A stretch of DNA of 38,117 nt, from assembly GCA_011364975.1 (NCBI GenBank), contig RDOE01000029.1, forward strand, positions 1 to 38,117, read 5' to 3'. A model generated the notes under the pieces. The model was not told where the DNA came from, ran no database searches, and worked only from the letters and a program-made list of their open reading frames with translations. Shown here piece after piece: positions 20,865 through 30,128 of this stretch. This DNA is from Promethearchaeota archaeon. GTDB lineage: Archaea > Asgardarchaeota > Lokiarchaeia > Sigyniarchaeales > SOKP01. Each line of letters starts with the position of its first letter. The stretch's first letter is position 1. Both the position numbers and the translations under genes were made by a program.

Positions 20865-21395
20865 ATGGATGTAGAACCAAGTTATATTATTAAAATTTGC
20901 TTATTAGGAGAGGCAAATGTAGGTAAAACCTCGTTAGTTTATCGTTTTATAGAAAATAAATTTCGAGAAAACTATAAAAGTACATTAGGAGTTAATTTGT
21001 TGAAAAAGGATCTTACATTTCAAGAATATGGTGATGTGTCTGCTCAAATCTGGGATTTAGGAGGGCAAGAAAGCTTTAGAAATTTAAGAAAACTATATCT
21101 TGAAGGTGCTAATGGGGCTCTATTAGTATATGATTGTACCCAGACAAAAACGTTTGAAAAACTACAAGATTGGATTCAAGATTTTAGAAATGCAAGAGGA
21201 AATGAACCAGTATTATTAATAGGCAATAAAGTTGATTTAGATAATAATATCAAAGTTTCAGAAAGTGAAGCAAAAGAGTTTGCTAAAAATTATAGCTTAA
21301 AGTTCATAGAAACTTCCGCAAAAACAGGCTCTAATGTAGAAGAGGCATTCATTGGAATTATAAAGTCAATTCTAAAAAAAACTTTGGAAGAGTAA
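20865..21395 (+). CDS. Rab-like small GTPase
   Basis: GEANVGKT, STLG, WDLGGQ, NKVD, SAK; no C-terminal Cys. Confidence 0.95.
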   Translation: MDVEPSYIIKICLLGEANVGKTSLVYRFIENKFRENYKSTLGVNLLKKDLTFQEYGDVSAQIWDLGGQESFRNLRKLYLEGANGALLVYDCTQTKTFEKLQDWIQDFRNARGNEPVLLIGNKVDLDNNIKVSESEAKEFAKNYSLKFIETSAKTGSNVEEAFIGIIKSILKKTLEE

Positions 21396-21475
21396 GTATT
21401 TTTGATCTAAAACTTTCACTATACCAACAAATAATCTCCCCTATTTTTAGAGGTATATTTTTAGAGGAAAAAAAG

Positions 21476-21501
21476 TTATTTATAAATGCATTTATAAATA
21501 A
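21476..21501. promoter_or_regulatory. Perfect palindrome with two TATA boxes upstream of tbp
   Basis: TTATTTATAAATGCATTTATAAATAA is its own reverse complement; TTTATAAA occurs at 21479-21486 and 21491-21498. Confidence 0.55.
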
Positions 21502-21577
21502 AAATTCATTTAAATAAGAATACTTCATCTAATTGAATATAATTTTTCTTAATTAATTCAAATCATGTTTATTAAAG

Positions 21578-22249
21578 TTGAGTAAGATGGCAGAAGAAGA
21601 AGATGATTTTGAGGAAGAATTTGAAGAGGAAGAAGAGGAATCGGATGCTGAATACGAAGAAGGCTTAGATTACAAGATCGAAAATGTAGTGGCGACAGTT
21701 ACAGTTGAAATTACTGAAAAAATAGACTTAAATCAAATTGCTCGGAAACATGCTGAGGTTGAATATAATCCTGAAAGATTTCCTGGCTTAGTTATGCGAA
21801 TTGAAAAGCCAAGAGCTACTATTCTAATTTTTTCTACAGGAAAAATGGTGGTAACTGGTTTACGTAAAGCAATTGAAGCAGAACGTGTTGTTGATAAAGT
21901 TGTTAAAAATATACGAAAAGCAGGGATTAAGTTATCCAACCCTGAAATTACAATCCAGAATATAGTTGCAAGTGGAGATCTTCATACAAATATCGATTTG
22001 AATATGGCCGCAATTGTAATGGAATATGCTATGTACGAACCTGAAGTATTTCCAGGTTTAATTTACAGAATGCAAGATCCCAAAACTGTTTTTCTTATTT
22101 TTTCTACAGGACGTATAGTCTGTACGGGAGCAAAACAGAAAGAAATAGTTAGAGATGCTGTAAAGAAACTAAATCAGCAAGTTCGTGAATTAGGTGTCGC
22201 TAAAAAGGATTTAGGCGACAGCGACTATTCAGATATTACTTTTATTTAA
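21578..22249 (+). CDS. tbp: TATA-box binding protein
   Basis: Two TBP repeats (IENVVAT...EYNPERFPGL...LIFSTGKMVVTG; IQNIVAS...YEPEVFPGLIYR...LIFSTGRIVCTGAK) and an acidic N-terminal extension. ATG alternative at 21587. Confidence 0.97.
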   Translation: MSKMAEEEDDFEEEFEEEEEESDAEYEEGLDYKIENVVATVTVEITEKIDLNQIARKHAEVEYNPERFPGLVMRIEKPRATILIFSTGKMVVTGLRKAIEAERVVDKVVKNIRKAGIKLSNPEITIQNIVASGDLHTNIDLNMAAIVMEYAMYEPEVFPGLIYRMQDPKTVFLIFSTGRIVCTGAKQKEIVRDAVKKLNQQVRELGVAKKDLGDSDYSDITFI

Positions 22250-22272
22250 TTTATTTTCATTATTTTTTTTTT
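22250..22272 (+). terminator. Oligo-T terminator candidate after tbp
   Basis: T-rich tract including a T9 run right after the stop codon. Confidence 0.45.
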
Positions 22273-22432
22273 ATTTCTCGTAAAAAATACACACTTTAAC
22301 ATTTATTAAAAATAATTAGGGATTTTTTTCTAATCATTGAGTTAAATAATAGAGTATATTTATTTAATCTCTAATTGCCACTAAATTTCTGATAATTTTT
22401 TCTTAAAACATTTGAAAGTTTAACTTTCCAAA

Positions 22433-22912
22433 TTATTCATTTTGAAATACAATCATGAACTCGCAATAGTTATTTCCTGTTTGTAGACTACAACTTATTT
22501 CCTGAGCAAAGCAGTGGACATTAGATATTTTTTCTACAATTCCTGCTAATAAACCTGCTTCGAAAGAACAAAAACTACCCTCAGTTCTTATTCCTCGGTT
22601 AATTAAGTCTTTTATTGAAGAATGGTCTCTTAATTTTAATTGAACTATTTCATTTGTACTTTCAGAAATTTCCACCTTACCAATATTAAATTCGGTAATA
22701 ATTTTTTGTAATTCATTAGGGATTTCAGTAACATCGTTGATTTGTTTAACTTTCAAGATGGTACCAAGCTCGTGCCCTAAATAATAAAAAATCGCTTCTA
22801 ATTGGTGTCCTAGTGCTAATAATGCTCCAACTTTCATATCCCCGATTTCTTTTCCTGCTTTCAAATGTTTTTTCATTTGAGTTAATATATTTGAAAGTAA
22901 TTGTCTATCCAT
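22433..22912 (-). CDS. V4R-domain protein (Bet3/TRAPP-like fold)
   Basis: YYLGHELG, FNIGKVEI, FCSFEAGLLAGIVE, EISCSLQTGNNYCEF. Confidence 0.85.
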   Translation of the reverse strand: MDRQLLSNILTQMKKHLKAGKEIGDMKVGALLALGHQLEAIFYYLGHELGTILKVKQINDVTEIPNELQKIITEFNIGKVEISESTNEIVQLKLRDHSSIKDLINRGIRTEGSFCSFEAGLLAGIVEKISNVHCFAQEISCSLQTGNNYCEFMIVFQNE

Positions 22913-22987
22913 TTTTTTTCCTTTTATATTTAATTTTGTTTTATTAATTTTTTAATAACGAAATAAATCTACATATTGTTTTAGTTA

Positions 22988-23281
22988 CTAAAGTTTTACT
23001 GATGTTATGAATCCGTAAAGGATCGCATCAATAATATCTTCTTCTTGAATATTTAACGTTAATCTTCTGTCCGCAATAACAATTGTGGGTAAAGAGGTAA
23101 TTTTATATTTGGTTGTAAGCAAATAATTTTTCTCAACATCTATTTTTTCAATCAACAACTTTTTACCAAACATCGATATATTAATTCGTTTCAGCATTTC
23201 TTCCACAGGCCTACAAGGTGCGCAATGTGTCGATGAGAAAAACAAAACTTTTGGATAATCATCCCCAAAATTTACAGCCAT
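22988..23281 (-). CDS. Thioredoxin-fold protein
   Basis: LFFSSTHCAPC CxxC motif, KIDVE, YKITSLPTIVI cis-Pro motif. Confidence 0.85.
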   Translation of the reverse strand: MAVNFGDDYPKVLFFSSTHCAPCRPVEEMLKRINISMFGKKLLIEKIDVEKNYLLTTKYKITSLPTIVIADRRLTLNIQEEDIIDAILYGFITSVKL

Positions 23282-23323
23282 AAGGTACCCTTAAGTTTTC
23301 CGGTAAATAATTTTGTTTTTTGT

Positions 23324-23869
23324 TTAAAAATCTTTATATTTTTGATATAGATTTATGATTATTGCACGAAAAGCCTCATATACTCCCGTTCCCGTTTTAG
23401 CGCTTGTTTTATAATATCCTAAGAATTTTCTTTCATTCACGATTTTTTCTTCTTTGATATTATCTAATGTTTTCTCATCAATAAGATCAATTTTGTTTCC
23501 AAAGAGAATTATTGGAATATCCCCACAATATTTCTTTATATCATCATGCCACTCAGATATGTGATCAAAACTATCTTCTTCTCCTTGACCATGGCTGAAT
23601 ACGATAATTGCTGCCTTACTTCCCTTATAGAAGGTTGGTCTCATAAATGAAAATTCTCTTTGGCCGGCTATATCCCAGAAGAAAAGCTTTACGGCACTAT
23701 CCTCTATTTTTTCATCATATTGAGAAAATTGAGCCCCGAGGGTTTTAATATATTCTTTTCGGAAACTACCTTTAGTGTATTTCTTTATCAGAGATGTTTT
23801 TCCGACGCCTCCGTCTCCAATAACTGTTATCTTAAAAACGAAATCTTTTCTTTCATCATCTCTCGTCAT
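23324..23869 (-). CDS. Rab-like small GTPase
   Basis: GDGGVGKT, KTLG, WDIAGQ, NKID, SAK; no C-terminal Cys. Confidence 0.95.
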   Translation of the reverse strand: MTRDDERKDFVFKITVIGDGGVGKTSLIKKYTKGSFRKEYIKTLGAQFSQYDEKIEDSAVKLFFWDIAGQREFSFMRPTFYKGSKAAIIVFSHGQGEEDSFDHISEWHDDIKKYCGDIPIILFGNKIDLIDEKTLDNIKEEKIVNERKFLGYYKTSAKTGTGVYEAFRAIIINLYQKYKDF

Positions 23870-24053
23870 TTAATCACATCATAGATTTATTTCTCTATTT
23901 CATTTTTTATTCTAATCTATAATGAAATATAGATTATAATTATAATTTTTTATTTATATTGATTGTTATAATGTATTTAAACACTATAAATCTTTATAAA
24001 TAGAGATCAATCATCTCTAAATAGATTTAATCAAAAGAAAAAGGTGAAAAATA

Positions 24054-24530
24054 ATAGATATTTTAAAAACGACATCTAATGTAGTTAAAAAACTAATTAA
24101 GAGGAAAATTACACTAGCAATAGCAGAATCCTGCACTGGTGGATATGTCTCAAATATGATAACAAATGTGTCTGGAGCCTCAAATATCTTCGACCGTGGG
24201 ATTGTTTGCTATAGTAATCTTTCTAAAGTTGAGTTACTTAACGTAGATCCAATTTCTATAGAAAAATATGGTGCTGTTTCAGAATCAATTGCGCAACAAT
24301 TAGCATTCAATATTAGAATACTCTCAAATACTAATATAGGAATAAGTACTACTGGGATCGCAGGTCCTACCGGAGGAACCCCAGAAAAGCCTGTAGGTTT
24401 AGTCTATATTGGTTTTTCAAGTGAAAATGAAACTTTGGTAACAAAACATCAATTATCTGCGGAAAGAATAATTTTTAAAGAAAAAGTATTTGAAATAATT
24501 ATTTCATATTTAGAAAAATTAGTAAAATAA
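24054..24530 (+). CDS. cinA: CinA C-terminal domain / NMN amidohydrolase (PncC)
   Basis: TGIAGPTGG, KPVGLVYIG, YGAVSE. The family motif LAIAESCTGG is encoded in frame upstream of the ATG at 24156, so the start is placed at ATA 24054 (inferred). Confidence 0.88.
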   Translation: MDILKTTSNVVKKLIKRKITLAIAESCTGGYVSNMITNVSGASNIFDRGIVCYSNLSKVELLNVDPISIEKYGAVSESIAQQLAFNIRILSNTNIGISTTGIAGPTGGTPEKPVGLVYIGFSSENETLVTKHQLSAERIIFKEKVFEIIISYLEKLVK

Positions 24531-24557
24531 AAATCTAACTTTAGCCTCAAAATCTCC

Positions 24558-25748
24558 TTAAGCTTGATCTAAAAGAAAACCTTTTTCCATAATTTTCTTT
24601 TTAGAACCATTATCATATTCGACACTTATATTAACCTCGGGAGCAGTCACAAAATCCCAGTGTATTTGTGAAACTGATGACCCTCCCATCATTTTATTCG
24701 ACCCAAATGCTAAATGAACACTTCCATTGATTTTTTCATCAGTGAGTATATATCCAATTGCTTTTGTAATTTCGGGATTACAACCAATACCAAGTTCACC
24801 AACGTTATAAGTTCTTAATTCTTTTAAGTTATTCTTCTTATCGATTTCTTCACTTTGTTTAAAAGTTTTTACTAAATCTTCAAGATTCTCATCGGCGGAA
24901 ACCTTATCAATCAATAATTTTCCTTCCTTAAAAGGTAAAGTTATATTTTTTATGATTTTATTACTCAACCTGTCTCGTGTCAATGGACAGTAAAGAGTTC
25001 CTTCTCCAGCTTTCTCATAAGGTGGTGTGTATAGCTCACCTGCAGGTAAGTTTCCTCCTAATAAACCATTAGAGATTCTTTCTTCTGTAATTATTCCATT
25101 ATCTAATATTACAGGACGATCTTTTATTGAAATCCAAAAATCAGTTCCATAATCATCAGAAATATATACTTTGCTCGCTTTTAAAAAATTTTTACTTAAA
25201 TTATTTGTTATCTCTTCCATTTTTTTTTGAGGTACACTCATCCCACCAATTATAAATTGTTCTAACAAACTATAGGGAATATTATAGTAATCCGCTGCTT
25301 TTTGTGAAGGCCAACCTGCATAACACCACTTTTTACCCGGAGCAAATTGTTTATTTGCTCCATAGATTACATCCTTAATGGGGCTTTCTCTTTTAACTTT
25401 CGCTTTTAGTTTTTCACGTGTTGCTTTATTTAATACACCAGGATCTTCATATGGTTCAATAACAATATATGCATCCATTGTCTCTATTAATTTAAGGTAA
25501 TGCATAGGTGTTCGCTCAAAAATACTACTTTTTATTGACTCATCTTGGAATAATCTTTCATAATAAGTATCGCTATAACATATGATTTCTGGAATCCCAC
25601 CTTTCATAAAAATTTTTAACGCAATTTCTTCCAAAAGCTCATTACTATATAAACCACCCTTTATTAAGACAGTTTCCCCTTCTTTTTGTATATTTATAAA
25701 ATTAGCTATACTTTCAGCACAGTATTTGATTTTTTCTGGAGTAATCAT
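24558..25748 (-). CDS. M29 family aminopeptidase (AmpS/PepS-like)
   Basis: GNLPAGELYTPP, GELGIGCN, DEKINGSVHLAFG, SQIHWDFV. Confidence 0.9.
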   Translation of the reverse strand: MITPEKIKYCAESIANFINIQKEGETVLIKGGLYSNELLEEIALKIFMKGGIPEIICYSDTYYERLFQDESIKSSIFERTPMHYLKLIETMDAYIVIEPYEDPGVLNKATREKLKAKVKRESPIKDVIYGANKQFAPGKKWCYAGWPSQKAADYYNIPYSLLEQFIIGGMSVPQKKMEEITNNLSKNFLKASKVYISDDYGTDFWISIKDRPVILDNGIITEERISNGLLGGNLPAGELYTPPYEKAGEGTLYCPLTRDRLSNKIIKNITLPFKEGKLLIDKVSADENLEDLVKTFKQSEEIDKKNNLKELRTYNVGELGIGCNPEITKAIGYILTDEKINGSVHLAFGSNKMMGGSSVSQIHWDFVTAPEVNISVEYDNGSKKKIMEKGFLLDQA

Positions 25749-25939
25749 GTTTTAAATTAAATTTAACATATTAATTATAGTTTTTTGACTGAAAGCAGGA
25801 TGAAATTCCTATTGCTAATATTTTTGTTCTATACATTGAACTTAGTCAAAGAATTTATTAGACTGTCTAGTTATTATTACCATATTATAAAAAACCAGAT
25901 TTATTAGCTTAATTTTATTATTTTTAAAAGAGATTTTCG

Positions 25940-26404
25940 ATGGTAATTAGAGAAGCAGGTGTTCTGTTCAGAGGTTTTACAGTTGTAAAAAAGAGTTATC
26001 ATAAAACTACTCTTGGAAAAATAGATTCTGATCTAAGGAGTGGTTTAATGACTGCATTAATAAATTTTGCTGAAACTGCATTCTCAATAAACAAGGTCGA
26101 ATATTTCGAGGGTAAGAAATTTATTATAGCATTTAATAATAATCAAATTACTTCGGAAGATGCTTCGGAGTCTGAGCTTTTAATTTCTTATGCAATTTTA
26201 GACAAAGAAAAAAAAGTGGATAAACATATCCGTAAAATTATTTATCCTTCGTTAAATCGAGTTTCTGAATTATTTATTGCCCAAAATAATGGAAAAAATT
26301 TATCCGAGGTATCTCAATTCAAATATTTTAAAACAGTTCTTGATACAATATTTGGTTCTGATACAAAAAATATTGATCAAAAACTACAAGGTCTATTTTA
26401 TTAA
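25940..26404 (+). CDS. Longin/roadblock-like domain protein (Asgard type)
   Basis: IREAGVLFRGFTVV, DSDLRSGLMTALINFAETAF, VEYFEGKKFIIAF, LISYAILD. Confidence 0.55.
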   Translation: MVIREAGVLFRGFTVVKKSYHKTTLGKIDSDLRSGLMTALINFAETAFSINKVEYFEGKKFIIAFNNNQITSEDASESELLISYAILDKEKKVDKHIRKIIYPSLNRVSELFIAQNNGKNLSEVSQFKYFKTVLDTIFGSDTKNIDQKLQGLFY

Positions 26405-26409
26405 AGTTA

Positions 26410-27363
26410 CTATTCCTGCTTCTTAATAGTTTTAAGGAACCATAATAATATTGGAAGTGCAATTGTTGCATCAGATATAATGGTAGAGTATTTTGCCTTC
26501 TCATTAACTTTTCCCCAAGAAATTGCTTCTTGTAGAGTGGCTCCGCTTAGACCACCCGGTTCTGGACGATCCATAGTTATTTGAATCGCATACATAGCCG
26601 AATTAGGACAAAATTGGAGAGATTGCATTATAAAATTTTTTGGTACTCCTCCTCCAATAATACAAACCCCCGCATGTTTGCTATCCCAAGCCAAGTCCAC
26701 CATTTTTAACATATCTTTAAAATGATTAAGATTAAGCTTCTGAAAATGAAAACCTAACTGTAAAGCAAGTCCAGAATCAGTAAAAGCAGGACAAAATATG
26801 GGAATATTTTTTTCAGAACAGATTTTTAATATAGAATTAGAGTTATTTGGAAGTTCTTGTCCAAGATAAGATAAGAAAGAACTTACTGACATATCATTTT
26901 GAGGTATTTTGAGGGTAGAAATAAAGTCCTCAATCCCTTCATATACCTTATTTGGTAAATATACATCATAAATTCTGTTTAATTCTTGATTATGGAGAGA
27001 AGAATCATTGATCTTAGTTCCATCAATTTCTCCTTGAAGATGATGGAATCCCAGCGTTTCTGCTAAATCATGTGTTAAATTTGCTCCTGTCGTAACTAAA
27101 ATATCAATAAAATCTTCTTTAATGAAATCATATATCACACCTTGCATACCGGCAGGTACTAAAGCACCCGCTAAACCAAAAAATTTAGTGCATTCCTCAT
27201 CTAGAATCATTTGCTTATAAATATCACACGCAATTGCCAAACGTTTAGCATTAAATCCAGAGTTAGAAAAGTATTGAATAATATCTGTTATATGATCCTT
27301 AGAATTAATCTTAAATTGATTTACTTTTTTTAAATTTTTCTTAAAGTCCTCATCATTTCTCAT
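26410..27363 (-). CDS. dys: Deoxyhypusine synthase
   Basis: SGFNA, GALVPAGM, VTTGANLTHD, FCPAFTDSG, GGGVPKNF, GGLSGATLQEAISWGK (catalytic Lys), SDATIALP. Confidence 0.93.
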   Translation of the reverse strand: MRNDEDFKKNLKKVNQFKINSKDHITDIIQYFSNSGFNAKRLAIACDIYKQMILDEECTKFFGLAGALVPAGMQGVIYDFIKEDFIDILVTTGANLTHDLAETLGFHHLQGEIDGTKINDSSLHNQELNRIYDVYLPNKVYEGIEDFISTLKIPQNDMSVSSFLSYLGQELPNNSNSILKICSEKNIPIFCPAFTDSGLALQLGFHFQKLNLNHFKDMLKMVDLAWDSKHAGVCIIGGGVPKNFIMQSLQFCPNSAMYAIQITMDRPEPGGLSGATLQEAISWGKVNEKAKYSTIISDATIALPILLWFLKTIKKQE

Positions 27364-27369
27364 TATTAA

Positions 27370-28272
27370 TCACACTTTTGAAGATATAAAAGAAATCAAT
27401 TCTATTATAAGTTTAGCTGCCAAAGTGGAAGTCATATTATTTGGTAAATCTAAATTTGGTGATACTTCAACTAAATCAAAAGCTTTGATTGTAAATGATT
27501 CTGCTAATTTTTTTAGGATATACCAAAATTCACGGTAACTGAATCCCCCTGGAATTGCATATCCCGTTGCTGGTGCTACCGAAGGATCTAATACATCTAT
27601 ATCGATGGAAATATATAAATTATATATTCTTGATTTATTAAAAAAGTTAATTACATAATTAGTATATTCTTCTAAACCGTATTCTTGTATTAAATATGCA
27701 TTTAGGTGTGTAATATTTTTATCCTTTGCACTTTCAAGTTCTGGAATATCAATATCCCGTGTTCCTACAATCATCAAATTTGTGTTATTAATATTTTCTA
27801 AATCAAATGTTCTACGAGATATCGTAGCGTGAGAATAGACCCCTTTATCCCAGGAATCATAAAAGTCTAAATGTGAATCAAAGATCAATACTCCAAAACC
27901 TTCCTTATCCTTAGTTTGCTCACTAATTGCCTTTAGAACAGGATAAGTACAGAAATGATCACCACCAATCATTATAGGAATTATGTCACTCTTTTGTTGA
28001 TATAAATCTTTAACAAAATTATCAATATTTTTAAGATTCTGTTCAATAGCTTTAGGTTTTATCAAAATATCTCCAAGATCAACAACATTTAATAGAGGTA
28101 TCTCAACACCTAATTCTGTAGTAAGAGCTAAATTTTGTGTAACATCACGAATTTTATTTGGCGCAATAGCCGAATTTGCTATTTGAATCGAGGTTAAATA
28201 ATCCCAGGGAATCCCAAAAATCACAAAAACAGTCTCTTGACCAATAACCTCTCCAAAATCGAAAAAAGTCAT
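27370..28272 (-). CDS. speB: Agmatinase (ureohydrolase family)
   Basis: GIPWD, GGDH, FDSHLD, SHAT, SIDIDVLDPSVAPATG, DLVEVSP. Confidence 0.85.
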   Translation of the reverse strand: MTFFDFGEVIGQETVFVIFGIPWDYLTSIQIANSAIAPNKIRDVTQNLALTTELGVEIPLLNVVDLGDILIKPKAIEQNLKNIDNFVKDLYQQKSDIIPIMIGGDHFCTYPVLKAISEQTKDKEGFGVLIFDSHLDFYDSWDKGVYSHATISRRTFDLENINNTNLMIVGTRDIDIPELESAKDKNITHLNAYLIQEYGLEEYTNYVINFFNKSRIYNLYISIDIDVLDPSVAPATGYAIPGGFSYREFWYILKKLAESFTIKAFDLVEVSPNLDLPNNMTSTLAAKLIIELISFISSKV

Positions 28273-28293
28273 AAAGATATCCTCAACTCATTA

Positions 28294-30000
28294 TTACATT
28301 TGATCTAATGTTTCTATTCCTAAAATATTTAATCCAATCTTAATCACAATCTGAACACATCGAATGAGAAATAATCTAGCTTTTTCAAGTTCCTTATCAT
28401 TAGAAATGACTTGGCATGAAGAATAGAAAGTATTAAAGGCTTGGCACAAAGTTAAAAGATATTGTGGTATTAGATGAATATTATACGTTTTTTCAGTCAT
28501 TTCAACTACTTCGGGAAAATAAACTAATTGATTTATTAAGATTAATTCCTTTTCATGGTTCAATAAATCCCAAATTACATCTCTATCTATTTCAATTGCA
28601 GATTTAGATATAATAGAACTAATTCGGGCATAGCAATATTGTATATAAGGTCCTGTTTCCCCCTCAAAAGATATGCTCTCATCTGGTTTAAACACAAAGC
28701 CTTTCATGGGACTATACTTCAATATAAAGAATTTTAACGCCCCTAGACCGATAATCCCAGCCCTTTTTTGTTTTTCAGCTTCATCCAAATCAGGATATCT
28801 CTTATTTACTTCTTCAAAAGCAAGATTTTCAATTTCTTGGATTACATCATCTGCATCAACTATAGTTCCTTCTCTACTCTTCATCTTCCCACTCGGTAAA
28901 CTAATCATTCCATACGCAAGGTGGTAATTATCCTCTTTAAATCCTAATAATTCTAAAATTGCAAAAAGCCATTTAAAATGCTGAATTTGTTCATCGCCAA
29001 CTACATAAATTGATTTATCATAATCAAAATCTTCCTTTTTCTTGTAAGCTAAATAGATATCTTGAGTAATATATATCGAGGTACCATCACTACGAATTAA
29101 GATCTTATCTTCAAGGTTAAATTTCTCTTTTAATTCGACAATAATCGCTCCATCTTCAGTTTTTTCAAAAATACCTTTTTCTAAGCCCTTAAGTATCTTT
29201 TCTTTACCTTTTAAATATAAATCTGATTCATAATATTCTTTATCAAAACTGATATCTAACTTATTATAAGTTACTTTAAATCCATTATATGCCCATTTAT
29301 TCATCTTATTCCATAAAGTCTTAGTATCTTTGTCACCTGCTTCCCACAATCTTAGTAGCTCATATGCCTCCTTCTCCAAATTATGATGAGTTTCTTTCAT
29401 TTTGTTATATAGCACATAAAAATCACCTACAAAATGATCGCTTTTTTTATCCGGTTTTTTATTGTTACCCCATTTTTTATAGGCAAGCATGCTCTTACAG
29501 ATATGGATACCCCTATCATTATTCAAATTAACCTGAAAAACTTGATGCTTCTTATATTCTAATAAGCTACTTAGTGATTTACCAAGTAACATATTTCTTA
29601 CATGCCCAAAATGGAGTGGTTTATTAGTATTGGGAGAAGGGTATTCAATTACTATTCGGAGTTTCTTTCCCGGTTTACTTATATCCTTTACTCGGCCATA
29701 ATCATATTCTAAATCATATATAGTTTCAAGAATAGAACTGGTTTTAACTTTTATATTTAGATATGCCTCTTTAACTTTAAGATTCTCAATAAAGGTTGAG
29801 GTCTTAATTTTTTCTTTTAAATCCTCGGCAATAACGTTTGGAGCTTTTCTTCTAATTTTTGATAATTTATAGCATGGAAATGAATAAGTAAACATAAACT
29901 CTGGAGGAGGAATTTCAATTGCAGCTTCTATTTCTTCTATTGAAAGTTCTAAAATACTTTCTTTCAGAATTTCTGCTAATGCTCGTTTATCTATTATCAT
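28294..30000 (-). CDS. argS: Arginine--tRNA ligase
   Basis: EYPSPNTNKPLHFGHVRN, RSDGTSIYITQD, GKMKSREG, FEGETGPYIQY, and C-terminal Met. Confidence 0.97.
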   Translation of the reverse strand: MIIDKRALAEILKESILELSIEEIEAAIEIPPPEFMFTYSFPCYKLSKIRRKAPNVIAEDLKEKIKTSTFIENLKVKEAYLNIKVKTSSILETIYDLEYDYGRVKDISKPGKKLRIVIEYPSPNTNKPLHFGHVRNMLLGKSLSSLLEYKKHQVFQVNLNNDRGIHICKSMLAYKKWGNNKKPDKKSDHFVGDFYVLYNKMKETHHNLEKEAYELLRLWEAGDKDTKTLWNKMNKWAYNGFKVTYNKLDISFDKEYYESDLYLKGKEKILKGLEKGIFEKTEDGAIIVELKEKFNLEDKILIRSDGTSIYITQDIYLAYKKKEDFDYDKSIYVVGDEQIQHFKWLFAILELLGFKEDNYHLAYGMISLPSGKMKSREGTIVDADDVIQEIENLAFEEVNKRYPDLDEAEKQKRAGIIGLGALKFFILKYSPMKGFVFKPDESISFEGETGPYIQYCYARISSIISKSAIEIDRDVIWDLLNHEKELILINQLVYFPEVVEMTEKTYNIHLIPQYLLTLCQAFNTFYSSCQVISNDKELEKARLFLIRCVQIVIKIGLNILGIETLDQM

Positions 30001-30128
30001 GGTATTCAGATTAGGAAATAATACAGAATATTTAATATAATACTTAATTGAAACCTTTATCTGTTTTATTAAATATAAGTAAAATAGCTCATAAAATTTT
30101 TGCTAATGAAATCAGTATTATTTTAATT

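Noticed and set aside
24018-24050. UGA read-through (Sec or recoding) to explain the missing cinA start
   Set aside because: Upstream of TGA 24045 the frame hits TAA at 24018 with no start codon. The TGA is simply part of the GGTGA motif; at 174 the equivalent TGA is followed directly by TAA.
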